A program made the position numbers and the translations under genes. Under the pieces are notes generated by a model, which made no database searches, was not told where the DNA came from, and saw nothing but the letters and a program-made list of their open reading frames with translations. From assembly GCF_964275005.1 (NCBI RefSeq), contig NC_092698.1:38728639-38792638 (forward strand): a stretch of 64,000 nt of DNA. Reading direction: 5' to 3'. Shown here in pieces: positions 1-13,600 of this stretch. The DNA is from Diadema setosum. Lineage: Eukaryota. Within the stretch, counting starts at the first letter, position 1, and every line of letters starts with the position of its first letter.

Positions 1-643
1 AAATATTTACATTTTTTATCATATTCATACCATTATGTGCCCTTGATGTAGAGCACACACAAAAAATAACTAACTGTATAATGAGAGTAAATAACAAAGC
101 AAAAATTGTCAGGTTCTTTCATAAGTATTTTCTTTGCCTTCATTGAGGCTTCCTCAAGCGACTTCCCCGCGAGCCCAAAATTCACCAGGCGGTATTTGTT
201 TTGTTTACTAGAAATTGATTTCAACTGTAATTGCTTCAAAATTCAAATATCTAGTCTTTGCTTGAGGTATGCCGCTTCCTGTATATAGCAGTTATGTTTT
301 CAAATAGTCCACATTTTCCATTGCCTCTATACTGCATATGTGAATTGCCTTATTCTTTGACCATCTTATTGCTTTTATGTTCACTTTCAATTCATTCTGC
401 TGAAGTTGCGAATAAAAGTTTCAATAATCACTAACTACGTTATTGATTGTTGAGCTTTTGTCTTCATTTTGATACAAATCGTAATTCAATGCAGTCTGTC
501 ATGAGATTTCCTGGAAGAATTTTTGAGCAATACATACAGACACAAGCGAAGTCATATTGGAATACACATCACATAATTTTATCTAGCTTTAATGGTGATG
601 CATGAGTTTATCATTACGTTGCCACTCTTTGGCTGCACTTTTC

Positions 644-853
644 CTACTGGAAAGAGCACACTCTCCCACAGTGTGTTCACAGTGTGAAGATGATTTCACA
701 CTGTGGTGGGGTTTTCACAGTGTTCACATAGTAATGCTTTGTTTCACACTATGAATTGATGACTCACATTGTGTTCACACTGTTAAAACGCTCGAATTTA
801 ACAGTGTGAAGAGTGTTTCTCACACTGTGGGACACTGTGTTCTTTCCGGCAGG
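644..853. mobile_element. Foldback/MITE-like palindromic element with repeated TGTGAACACAGTGTGAA sub-motifs (copy A).
   Basis: The 5' CTACTGGAAAGA pairs with the 3' TCTTTCCGGCAGG. Internal CACACTGTGG / CCACAGTGTG palindromes are present. A second copy with the same termini lies at 3928-4077. Confidence 0.5.
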
Positions 854-1882
854 GGTGTTACTTATACCATTACTTCACTGAATCTTACTACAATTATTTA
901 TCAATCCTCTCTATAAACTATTGAGGAATTAATGTAAATAGATGTATGTACATGGTACATGTATGTATCATGTGTGAGTGTTGATGAACTCTAACTAAAC
1001 TGAAACGAACCTTCCAAAATGACTGCAGGATTCCATCCTTGAAATTGGTATTTTTAGGCTTGTTTCTGCTATTGATATCCAGTTTTATTTGGTACATCGA
1101 AACCTTGCTTTATGTCATTTTATGCTACATCCACGTTGCAATTTTTAGCAGAGCAGATCATACAAATAATATGAATAATTGTATATCATCCTCCCCACAA
1201 TATCCTCCCTCCTACTTTCATGCTTAGCCTGCCGGTACCTGTACGACATGTAGCCAGTTCCATTATTTTTCTCTCATCCATCAAATCCTTTCCAGAGAGT
1301 GGGAACCCATTCAATCCATTGCGGTGTTGTGTTTCACGGATTAATTAGGCAAGAGTATGAGTTTGTCAGATGTCAGATTAATTACGAAAACAGATAAGAG
1401 GTAATTGAGAGAAAATAGCGCTGTTTCTATAATTAGCTCGAATGCACATTTCCAGCGACAAAGATTGCGATTGGACATTTAGAGATTACAGAGCCATTTA
1501 TTACGCCATTAATTTTCAAAAGCACGGTTTTGAAATAGCCACAAATTGTTAATTTGCCTGCCGACAGAGGGGAAGGGGGGGGGGAGGGAGGGAGAGAGTA
1601 GCGTACTCAGCCAAATTAGAAACATAAATCTCAGCCATCCACATTTCCGTTGTAATATCTAAATTCATGTCTGTGCTTCAGGAAACCAACATTTTAAGTG
1701 TGTGACAATTCCACTTGATTGAATCAATAAACCCGTTAATCTCGAGAAACTTCATTTGATTTAAATTTCACTTCACTGATTTAATTTCAAGTCTAATTCA
1801 TTTGATAAAATGTGTCTTTTATTGGCTGCTTCAGCTTCTTTTAACTTATTTTATTTCATTTAACGCCCTCTCTGTTAAGTTC

Positions 1883-1883
<1 letters not shown>

Positions 1884-1921
<38 letters not shown>

Positions 1922-1960
1922 CGCTTAGAAACATTGTATTAAGCGCATTACAAATGTAAT

Positions 1961-2004
<44 letters not shown>
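1884..2004. repeat. (AAT)~12 - 26-bp palindrome GCGCTTAGAAACATTGTATTAAGCGC - (ATT)~13: a long perfect-stem hairpin/cruciform-capable structure.
   Basis: The two microsatellites are reverse complements of each other and sit around a palindromic centre. Confidence 0.85.
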
Positions 2005-2006
<2 letters not shown>

Positions 2007-3927
2007 CATTAACTAACAATCGTCTTCAAATGCCATGGAGACGAAGAATAATGGTGAATGTTGACTCCCCCTCCCCCCCCCCCCAAAAAAAAAAATAGTG
2101 AGAGGATAATAGGCAAAATGGTAGCAATATTTCAATATTTCACTACGCCATGCTATTATTGTTGGATTTATTGAGTCATTCATCGCATGCGGATACGACC
2201 AGTTACTCCTTCGTTGCTAGGGTTTGGGTGGGGAATTTAACATTTTACACAAAAAGGAATTAGCAGACTCGGTATTTCGATTGTATAGAGTCATAAGACT
2301 TGAAGAAAACATTAAATACTGCCTCACGCAAAAACGAGAATTCTATGAGCCAGATACATAAGTAATGGTTCAAGTGAAAATTGAATTATATTTTAATTTT
2401 TGCTAGGAGCTGAAGTCAATTCCTTATAATTATGATCAATTTTGTATGCTGTCCAACTGCGAAAAGAAATCTGAATAGATTCCAACAATGATAATGTTAC
2501 TGTCATTATAATAATCATTACTGTCCTTTTTGTTATTTATATGATCGCCATCATTATTTAGCATTTAGGGACGATAAAGAATGTAACATAACTACATCAC
2601 ATCTTTTAGTAACATTTTACAACTTGTAGTGATTTGCAGCTTTGATATGTGGAAGGCGTTTGTTCCATTTCGGCTGCTGTTATGATTAAATTAATGTGTT
2701 TTGAGTTGCAGGATAATCCAAACGCAGGTTTCATGTGTCAGAGTAACATAACTCGAGACAATTAATATAATTTTGTGTCTTATCATGAAATGATTTGAAT
2801 ATACACAGAAGAACCTTATCGTCAATCCTTTCTTTCCCTAGAAGCCAATGCAATGAATTATCAAGGCAATGATGCGAGATAGTTACGACGATGTTGATCG
2901 GGTAGGTCATACAATGTATTATATGAATTGCCCAATTATGTAAGCTCTGTAATCTTCCTAAATGCATATGTGATATCTTAGTCAAAAGACCGTTACGTAA
3001 CAGATATCTAATGGAGTCATTGGAATAGAGAGGTTAGGATGTAAGAAAGCTGTGTTATTGTAGGAAGGGGTCGTCTTACCACCATGACCACTGATTCCTA
3101 CAAGCTGAATGGTGGTCTGATATTAGTTATTTGTTTCCATTTTTTCTGACCAGTTCTTTTATGAGGTTAATGGAAATAATGGATGGATGAATAGATGGAT
3201 GGATTAAAAGATAGAGGATTGATAGTATAGTAGGGTAGCAATATTATTCAAAGAAAAAATTATGCAGTATATATTATACAATAATGCATAGTTTGCGTAT
3301 TATCAAGTAACATATGACTTCTATTTTCACGTAATATAATGTTCATTTCAATTCAATTCAATTTAATTTTCATTTTGCATCCAACAAAGAGTGAAACAAG
3401 GTACACTGTAATATCAACCATGCGCAAAACAATCACATTGTATGATTCTTTTGAATCAAAGAAGAAAGAAGTACATAACTAGTGGAGGGCGCAAGGGACT
3501 TTTTCGTTCAAATTCTTCCAAAAGCATCAAATTTGGCAGACATGTACACCAGACAATAAACTATTTCGATTTTTTATTTCTTTATATTGTTGTTCACACA
3601 TACGTCATAACCTCTAGTAGTCTCCTCATCCAGCGATTCCAACGCCAAAACTTAAACAATTCATAACTTTTACATCCGATTTGTCCGATTTTCCTCAAAC
3701 TTTCACCGATGTGTTGCGAAAAAGGTAAATACAACTTTTGGATGTGTCTATAGAGAACTCTTTATCTCTATTTTCACCGATGTGTTCTACTGATGTTGCT
3801 GCTTTCACTCAATCCACATTGCTCTTTGGGTTTGGGTTTCCTTCAAGGAAACGCTGAATAAAGGTGCTTATGAGCGAGCTGCCACGATAGTGACGACTTA
3901 CGTGTCGTTTGAAGGACGAGTATACCC

Positions 3928-4077
3928 TACTGGAAAGAATACAGTGTCCCACAGTGTGAACACATTGTGAACACAGTGTGAAATATCTTCACACTATTAA
4001 ATTCGAGCGTTTTCACATAGTCGACTATGTGAACACAGTGTGAAGACACTGTGGGATACTAAGTTCTTTCCAGCAGG
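3928..4077. mobile_element. Foldback/MITE-like element, copy B, same family as 644-853.
   Basis: Termini are CTACTGGAAAGAATAC...GTTCTTTCCAGCAGG. Internal sequence shows the same cacagtgtgaacac / gtgttcacactgtg symmetry. Confidence 0.5.
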
Positions 4078-4207
4078 GCGTATAGTACCTTGACTTGGTT
4101 ACAGCCGCTGTTATGATGGAGGACGCGAACCAGAGACCCAAGATTTAGAGTCCAGGCATGATCTCATCTCCAAAACCATGAAAACGGTTCAGTACAACAC
4201 ACTGAGA

Positions 4208-4270
4208 GTTATGTTATGTTATGTTATGATATGTTATGTTATGTTATGTTATGTTATGTTATGTTATGTT
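4208..4270. repeat. (GTTAT)n microsatellite
   Basis: gttatgttatgttatgatatgttatgttatg... Confidence 0.9.
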
Positions 4271-4523
4271 ATTCGTATAAATATGAAAAAGTATGAGGAA
4301 GAGCTGTATGTTAAATTGGTTTACCTTAATGAATCCTTCATGGTAACATCGATTTACATAAATTTTTAAATAATCTTCTTCATTATTCAGTTAGTTTCTT
4401 CGTGTACAATGTGAAGTGAAGGTAATGCTATGAACATTACTCATTTTGTGTGTGGTTGGAATACTGGTTGGAATTGGAGAACGACGGAATAATGGAACTG
4501 ATTATTTGCATTTTTTTTTTCAG

Positions 4524-4696
4524 GTAAGGAGATGGTTGATTACATCGCTGACTACCTCACGACGATTCGATCAAGACGCACTCTACCTGACGTACAGCCA
4601 GGTTACTTGAGAAACCTCATTCCAGAAAGCGCCCCCATTGAAGGCGATAGATGGAGTGACATTATGTCAGACATCGAGCGGGTGATCATGCCTGGG
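4524..4696 (+). CDS. HDC: Histidine decarboxylase, first resolvable coding exon (phase-1 acceptor). Encodes (G)[57 protein letters not shown]
   Basis: A T10-CAG acceptor sits at 4521-4523 and a GTAAGT donor begins at 4697. The peptide is almost identical to Drosophila Hdc residues ~11-67 and human HDC (REMVDYICQYL...DIERIIMPG). An in-frame ATG lies at 4532. Either a short upstream exon of about 10 aa is missing or translation starts at that ATG. Confidence 0.8.
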
Positions 4697-7600
4697 GTAA
4701 GTCTCCAACTAAGGGATGTGATATGTTTTGAATGTGGATGACTGGATGTCGTGACAAGTACATATATGTCCCTACATATATAATTATGTAATACGTACAT
4801 ATATATTCACACATACACAAATATATATATTGAGCGGATGATTAGAATTTTTCAAATATTGGACGGTATCATAAGTATGCATTCATATACACATTAAGAT
4901 TACACCTCTCACTCCACCTCTCACCCTAATTTCTCTTGGCATCGTTCTGCTATCTTAATAGTATTACCTTGACATGTACGGGTCATGGGAGTATTTTCTT
5001 TGACTTCTTTCAGCGTTTGCCATGAGAATCATTTCGTGGCATCCCATTACCTTTCCCACCAGCCGCGGCTTTGCCTTTATGCCTGGTGGCATTATATCCC
5101 TTCCATACATAATTTAACGGAAGATGTTTCTTCTTATCTTGCAATATAACGCGGCTGTTGGCATCATGCAAGTGGAATTTACCTACCAGCCTTATCATAA
5201 ATCCCCCTATTGGGAAGAAGTTTGGATCAGTCTGAACTCACTGCAGAAGCCTTCGTCATTCTTGGACGATCAAATCGTCGATGAATCGTGGTCGTTGTGC
5301 AGAGTGCTTCCGCGATAAATTGACGTCAAATTGAGAAGACGAGGATGGGTATGGTATCCAAGTCATCTATCCCTACCGGAGGAAATGCATCTATAGCACG
5401 GATTAGGGGCGTGATATCGGCGATGGAGGTTAGATTGAAAATATGAAACAGTGACGTCATGCCTCAGAACGAGCAAAGTAAAACGGCCTTACAACATCGT
5501 CACATAACATGAATAGGGGAAGAAGCAATTTAACATTTACCCTACCTTTTGGTCCCTGCCTAAAGGTTGAGTAGCATCTCATGTCGCATCATTTTCATCA
5601 CCTCAACATAGCATGGCTGGGAGAGAAGGATGTCGATGCAAAAGAATAATGCTAAAAATTGTGGTAGCATTTAAAGCCTGTTTTCCTCTTAAAAGTGACG
5701 ACAGAATTTAATCTAGTGTTTGTTATTTTTGGAAAATTCTTGCCGCCATTTTTCTAGATGATGGAAAGTTACCTTTACCCTTTCCTTTCTACTCAATTGG
5801 AGGGAAAAGGTTTCCGCCCAGGTTGCAGACACACATAACAGACTTGTCATATTCTTGCGCACATGCATATATCACAGTGCGCGCCCAACATCAGACAATT
5901 CAGAAATCTATACCAATTTGAACGATATCACTTCATTTATGTCATTCGCTTTCAATTTAGAAGTCGAAAGTCTGAAAGGCAGCAAAGGAAAAAGTGCAGA
6001 CAAAAAATCATTATATCAGTCTCCATGACGTCATTCAAATTGATTCAATCTCACTCTGCTAACGATTATTGAAGCCAAGATTGCTTCAAACACAGCATCA
6101 TTCGGCAGATTGATCCCAAGAGAACAGAAGAAAACTTTGATAATCACATGACCAAATGCGGGTTACCCAACAAATATCTAAAAATAATTCGTTTTTCTCC
6201 GTACTTTTTGTTCTAAATGATGTTCTGCGGATAAGCAGAGGATATGCACGAATATCACTAAGATTAAGGTTGTATCGTTGCCAGTGGCGTGTGTCCACTG
6301 TCCTATTCTTTATGTAATCTGGAAGATTGGTTTGTGAGTATTCCACCAGAAGATATAAACATAAAGTACGAAATATTTACAGACAACGAACGGAGGTGCA
6401 ATGGTTTTAAAGTCCACTGACACGCAAAAAGAGCTAGTTAAAAAAAAATCAATTTTATTATTAAGTCGAACATTTATTAATGCACACGACAAGTTAGCCA
6501 AGAATCAAAACATGTATACGTTCATTTGAATTTTCCAATAAATTTTGAAATTCATTCTGAATTTTGATTTTGAATTTTTGAAATTTTATTCTTCATATAT
6601 CCATGAATCACAAGTCTGCAGCAGAACAGTAAAGAATAGTAAGGAAAAGGATAGGAAAACTTTGGGATGAAACAAGTAGAAGAAAAGATATAGAAAAAGA
6701 AGCAGAAAAACTGGCTAATCCGAGAAATGGAAGATAAACATAGAGAGAGGAGAGATGAATGCAAGTTTACGAATGTAAACAAAGTGGAAGATGTGAGGAA
6801 AACTTATCAGGAGAATGATAGACATATAGACAGGAGGTCCTCTAAGAAGTGAAGCCTGTTCTAGCTTTGTCAGCCTAGTGATCACCACGGGTTTCCATTT
6901 ATGGGACACTGTTACTATTTTTGACGAGATTTCGACGGTGTATTCTGAGAGACAAAATGGTAATTGACCCCAATCACTATCAGCCTACGAGTCACCTTTC
7001 CTTCTTTCTTTAGCCTTAAGTACTGCCGGGCGTTCCAGCACATTACCAAGCTAATTTCCTGTGGTATCGGGGCTCTGAATCCCATAAGAGGTGCTACAAT
7101 TACTTTGGCTGCCTATGGCAGGCACAACGCCTAGAGGTGTAGCAGCCTAGACATCAAAATAAAGACCATGATAGGAATGCTAACTCCAAAATGCGAGCTA
7201 TCGCTTTGGAGTAGCAGCACACTGTGCTGGCGACACTGAACTTCTAACTTCCATCTTGCAGTGGCCAGTACGGCAGACCAGAAATCCTTCACCACCCACC
7301 CGGGAGACGTGCCATTATTCTGGCATTGTCCATAGGACAAATTAACTACATTAGCTACTTTCTTCATAAGTTTGTTACAAAAATGTACAAAGCTCGTTAT
7401 TTTTTGCAGCCTCAGTTTTAAAAAAAAACACCAAAAAAAAAAAAATAAATTTCTGATGATGATGTAAACAATGTGCGCAGACCACTGACGCTAAGCTTGA
7501 ATGAACATCACGAAGGTTGCTAGGAGCAAACCTTCTATTGTCAAGAGGTGGAAACTGTCTTTCCTCCCCTTGATCACAAATGCGTCGGAAAAAAAAAAAC

Positions 7601-7808
7601 GAACAAAAAACTTTGAAGGCGGTTTTCTCGAAACCACTCAACATGCTCTCATAACGTTATTGATATCTCCGCAACCGAGTACTTTTATGAGTCATGTTAC
7701 ATATGAAATGAAAGTGGAAGAGTAAGAGAATGATATCATGTTTCAGAAAATCGATCTCCCTCGACTTTCGGATCCTTTTGCTGTAGTGGGTCATGTATAT
7801 GTATATAA

Positions 7809-7811
<3 letters not shown>

Positions 7812-7865
<54 letters not shown>

Positions 7866-7866
7866 A
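7812..7866. repeat. (AT)n microsatellite in the HDC intron
   Basis: atatatat run. Confidence 0.9.
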
Positions 7867-7959
7867 GTTTATTTGTTAATCTACGAATATTTATTTGTGT
7901 ATAAGCCGGCCTACAGAGTCATCATCTTCAGTGTTTGCTTGCTCTCCACACCCATCCAG

Positions 7960-8073
7960 ATCACTCATTGGCAGAGTCCTCACATGCACGCTTACTTCCC
8001 TGCTCTGACGTCATATCCGTCCATGCTTGGAGATATGTTGGCTGACGCGATTGGTAACTTGGGCTTTACCTGG
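7960..8073 (+). CDS. HDC: HDC exon: [38 protein letters not shown]
   Basis: Acceptor is cccatccAG and the donor is TGG|GTACGT, both phase 0. The motif [14 protein letters not shown]...[14 protein letters not shown] is diagnostic of HDC. Confidence 0.88.
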
Positions 8074-11000
8074 GTACGTATTCAACTTTTTGCGCTGATG
8101 ATTTATTTGCGCTCATGAATTAAAAACATCAAGAAGAAATAAGAAGATAAGCAAGTGGATGCACTTAGAGGAAGGCCAACAGATCACTAAAAGTTACACC
8201 ACAGTGTACGACATTTTGTTGTTAACTTAATTATCTTGCTTGTGTTAAGTAAAGCATCTGTTGACCTTTCTTTACAATCATGCTGTGTTGCCGTGCTTTT
8301 GTGTTTGTGTTTTTATTTTTTCCTGCTTTGTTTGTTCTACAAGGTCCTTACTGTTTTGAAATACCCATATTTTCCCTTTAAAAAGTCGTTTTTTTACGTC
8401 GATTGCATGAGTTGTCCACAGTATACAAGCACTGCTTTTTAGTGGACCCTCATTTTTCCTCAGAAAATGGATAATGTATATAACAAGTTTGATTTGAAAC
8501 TACGTAAAGATGCTTTAAAGTTGTTAAGTCAAATTTTCATTATACAGTCAACCATTGTGTACTCAAATCCTTTGTGATTTTCTTATATACAAAATAATAT
8601 AAATATATCATTTTATCTTTTGTTTGAAAAATAGAATTGAATCAAACTGAATCGAGTTGAATTTTAAATTTTCATTAATCGTTGTTTGCTATGAATTTTG
8701 TAAAGCCCCCAAAAGATACAGAAATGCAATGTGTACGATTTTTTTTTTCTCTCGAGTAAAGCCTCGACAATGTGTTAGAGATTCACCGGTATGCTCCTTT
8801 CGTTATTAGTCTTGTACCAAAAAAGGCATTATCACTGATTATGTAAGGTGGTTTTAAACAATTGGATAAAAGCTAAATTTCCCCGAGAGTCAGGATGACT
8901 TGTCATGCTGAGTAATTTATCTTTAAACGGGGTAGTACAGTGAAGAAAACATGATTGATTTTCATGATTTCTCTAACCTTCTCGGCGCACGTCCAAAATC
9001 TACCGATTTTCTCTCGAATGTGAAGGGAATCAACTTGGGTTCTTTAGAAGAAATAGAATTGCTTGAAATAGATGATAATAAACTCGAATTCATATTTACA
9101 GCATGACGTCATTTACGTATTCAGACTTGTTCACATCGAAATTATCACTTCTAGTATTTTAAATACGTTGCTTTAAGTGTGCAACAATGACTGTCTTGTT
9201 AATGTACTCAAACAGTACAGTTCAGAAAAGACCTGAATTCATAGTCTGTTATCTCTGTAACCTTGCCATTATTTCAATTATCGTTATGCATACAATATTT
9301 AATTTGATAAATCATAACTTCCTTAGCATGTTAAGGAACATGACTAATTGATTTGAAACATAGGACATTGACATTTTTTATTATCACTATTTTTAAACTG
9401 AAACATACTAAAACATCATAAGTATATACAAAGCAGCCAGAGCATGAAGGACCTTTGTCTATGTCAGCCAAAGTTGGATTTGCTCCTGAAATTATGGAAC
9501 CTTAGCTGGTGTAGATGCAACTCCAGTCCAAACATTAGTTAGTCTAATAAGAAAGAGTAAAATATTACAAATTCAACGATTAAATTTTGATCGAAATCGG
9601 GTGAAAAATAGGGAAGTTATGGCGTTTTTCAAGTTTCGCTAATTTTTCAGGAAACAGTTCTTGAACATGCAAATGGCAAAATAAGCATGTCATGATATAC
9701 CCTCACAACTTGCCATAGTTTGTACGTACAATTCTGAAATTTTCAGTTTTTCATTCAAACGCAATTATGCCCGAGGCTCAATTCCTAGTATATCCAACCG
9801 ATTACCATTCTGAAGTTATTCAACAAGGAATAACGTCATTTTTCAGACTTCAATGACAAAAACATTGAATTTCGTCATTTTTTATTACAGGATCAATGGA
9901 AAATTGTTAGGTTATGACATGGTTAGCTCACTAATTTGCACATTCATATCCACTGTAAAAGAACTGTTTTGCAGAAATTAGCAAAACTTCAAAATGTCAT
10001 AACTTCCTTATTTTTTCATCCGATTTTAGTCAAATTTTTACCGTTGAACTCGTAAGATTGTTTATTCTTTTTAATGAGACTAACTTATAATTGGACTGGA
10101 TTTCCCTTTAATGTCTCTCGGATTTGTCTTCCCTTCCCCTCTTCCATAATGGAATACATGATACAAATATACCATTCTCAAATGAAATCAGTGTCTTAGG
10201 CTTCCAATTTATTATTTCAGTCCTCTATCAGCTAATCTAGAGCAGAGGGTAAATACACTGTACCACGTACCTTGGTCACATCCTTCACAAGAAGGAAATC
10301 CTTTGCCAGAATCCGCACGCGTTACACTTGTTATTAAAAGTCCATAACGAACTCCGTACAGGCGTTTGTTTCAACTTTTATTACCTAAACGGAAAGCTAA
10401 TATAGATTTTTACGCGTATATCATTACACACATCATTATTCTGGAAAGAACTTCTCACGGCACCCCGGAAAATAGCGAAAGGAAACTGTTCTCTCAAAGA
10501 GCATGTCAAATTCTTATGGCTCCAAGGTTTTTACCCTCCCTGACAGGTGCTATTTGGTAAAAAGGTCAGTTATCCCGCCAAGTGACTAATGCTGACACAG
10601 AAAGGTATATCTCAAACCCTGTTCCAAGATAATTAACGACGAACGTGCCCGTGTGACGTGGAGATGGATGGCTGAGGGTTATGGAAAGAATAAACCTGAT
10701 GAATAACTAATGAATCGTAGAGAAATCTTGCCTCTTGTGAGCTCCAGCGGCATCAATAACGGCTCACGTCTGTCGAACTCTTCTCATCTCATATTTTATG
10801 ATACTTTATTTCATTCGGTGACATAACTTTTGCTCCGGCCTTGTCTCCTACCCCTTCAACCAACTTCTTTTGAAACTGTAGAAATTCATGGCAAATTCTT
10901 GCTCATTTGTGTTTTCTTTGGAGTTATTTTGTCAATTCCATACAGAATTTGTACAAGCTTGAGAAATATACAGCAAGGAAACACTAGACATGTTAGTCAT

Positions 11001-11749
11001 AATGTAACAGTAACCAGGAAACTTATTACCGAAATGTCTAAAGACATGGATAAAACTGTCAGTACCTTTGATTGTTGTCGTTGATCAATTCATGGAGTTA
11101 ATACACATATGGACTGTTAACAGATGTCTTTCTTTGATCCATCATCACCACCGCCACCTGATCATGTGCATCTTAATGAGTACATTCAAATGTTTGGACA
11201 ATGACTATTGTCAATCATGCATCGATCGTCACTGACAAGAGAACAATTATATTTTCCTCATTTCCGTCATTGATTATTTGGCTGAGGTGCCTTTTCAGGC
11301 TCAAATGCCTTCGAATAAATACCAAACCTCCTAACATTATAAATTTTGTGTTACAAAATTGGTTATTGCTAAAATGTGCACTTGTGGACATACATGTAAT
11401 GTTGCTTAATGTTTAGAACATACATGTCGTCTACCGTTACTCTCTATGTTTATTCTGAACAATGTGCGAAAAATGGGAAAATTACATATCAAATCACAAT
11501 CAACCAGTCAAAATATTTGCTTTCTCTTGTAAAGTACCTGTATTTCTGTCGGCGGTAATGATGAGATCAAAGCAGGAAAGCATGCTTAAAATTATATTGT
11601 GACGCTTTTGACAGAAACAGGTGCATGAATTGATTAACTAGCGATGAATGTCCATGTAAAGTAAGTCCATGTCTAATCATCAACCTCTCTAGTTACTATA
11701 AACGTATCGTCGAGTAAAGGTTGACATAGAAAAATGCGGTTTATTACAG

Positions 11750-11801
11750 GCATCGAGTCCGGCGTGCACGGAGTTGGAGAAGGTGGTCATGGACTGGCTA
11801 G
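11750..11801 (+). CDS. HDC: HDC exon: ASSPACTELEKVVMDWL(+1 nt)
   Basis: Acceptor is ttattacAG and the donor is CTA G|GTAAGT (phase 1). It matches WASSPACTELE..VMDWL of fly and human HDC. Confidence 0.85.
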
Positions 11802-13487
11802 GTAAGTACAGGACAGACAAATTCATCAACATATCAGTTGTGTTCTCTACTTCATCTTGCTTTCCCTTGGTTATCTGTATTATATACATGCAGCAAAACA
11901 GACACATGACAAGTATCTCTGGCAGTTCCTCATAACTTCATATCATATTAAGGTTGTTACTTTGCATTGTTAAGACGTTAATGTTCTGTTTGGTGGCGGC
12001 AATGTTGCAGTTATTCGTGAGAACCCTATCCTCATGCCTTTGTCTGGAGTTACTGTTACGTGAATACATTGATGTCATGTGATACTTGTGTTTCGTCAAA
12101 TGTTGGTGTTTAATCAATTCTTGTGCGTTATTTCTCACTAAGCAGTAGAGAGAATGACAATCGCCTCCTTACGTTCTCTGCATATTCACATAATATGTCT
12201 TTAATGGTTATTGCCGTGACAATCTTGAATGTTCGAGGGGGTTTTGACCGAATGCTTTACACGCATGCACAGTTTTATAGTAACATTCTATATTGATGAT
12301 AGCTGTTAAACTTTTTATACAGGTCTGTTTTACCACTTCTTAGATCATTTAAGAATAAAGGACAGGTGGACAGAGAGCAATGCAAAACAACCATTTCATT
12401 AAAACGTACATATTAGCATAAAGGGTCTCCATGTTCACGTTACCCGATCTCTCTGTCATCACCCCCCCCCCCCCCCACGTTAACAACGTGCTTACGAGAA
12501 TAAGGCTTGTCATGTTTAACCTCTTTGAACAATGACATTAAGTTTTATAGTGAAAATGTTCAGGAAGATGAGAACCTTATATGCTATCTAAGACTGATGA
12601 GAACTTCCTGGCTAAGGATTGCTTGCTATATACCAAGTTGTGATAAAAAAAGAAAGAAGAAGCATAATATGTCAACTTGGCGCCTTCGGGCAATTCGGAC
12701 AAAAGCAAATCAGCGTAATAATGCATTATGTAGTAGCTACTAGTGGACATTACTGGTCAGCTTCACCGAAATTCATGCAATATTTCTGAGGTCAATGTGT
12801 AAGATGCCCGTAATTGCAAGCCATAACTTGTTCAAATCAAGGCACAAATCAAGACGCAACCAGCTGCTAGCGAATCGACGAATCATGGGAGCAACTCAAG
12901 CAAACTAATTTCACTCGTCGCGAGACGCTATGAAAAGTTTAACACTAAAAAACGTGGCTTTATACATTAACATTTCATCATCTCGCCGTAGCATTTTTTA
13001 TTTGTTAAACAAGGTTAATGAACTCACCTAGAGGAATTCGAAAACGTTTCAATTTCTCATTTGTCTGATATAGAAGACAGTCACAAGACAAAATTACAGT
13101 AGGCTACATGATGGAGGTCTCTCATTTCTCGAAATCAGTGTATCGCGCTGCATTATTCATTGTCTATACAGGGACTGTTTGCAATCAATTTACCTCGGTT
13201 TGTCCTCTCCGTGGTCTCTGTAGACTGCATTATCAGCAATTTACTTGTCACTACCTCTTGTAAAGCGCCTCTATTTTGTCCCTATCTTTTCAGGTTAAGA
13301 AACCTTTTTAAACTTACGAAACCTGTATTAATTTTTTACGATTATTTTTGTGAATGTGTGTGTATGCGTATGTACGTCCTTGTGTGTTTGTTTGTCTGTG
13401 TGTGTGTGGGAGGGTGCGTCTGCATCTGCGTGAGAGGAGAACGAGCGAGGAATCGGACATATACATGCAGAGCGCACGACAATTTTA

Positions 13488-13600
13488 CACATGTGATTGT
13501 GAGTCCTGCGACATAGTGGATAAGACTCCCGACTACCAATCGGAGGACACGAGTTCGATTCCCATCCAGTGCTTACGTCCTTGGTCGAGACGTTTTTATT
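13488..13600 (+). mobile_element. tRNA-derived SINE-like repeat, copy 1 (B-box-like GAGTTCGATTCC, ends in a T-run).
   Basis: It shares ...ACTCCCGAC..GGAGGAC(A/C)CGAGTTC(G/A)ATTCC(C/T)..CCAGTGCTTACGTC.TT.G.C.AGA with the copy at 29751-29870. Confidence 0.45.

Noticed and set aside
2885-2921. ATGATGCGAGATAGTTACGACGATGTTGATCGG|GTAGGT as an HDC first exon (starts MM like human HDC)
   Set aside because: The donor would be phase 0 (or phase 2 in the other ATG frame), whereas the exon at 4524 requires phase 1. It has no similarity to the (E/D)(Y/F)R.RG motif.
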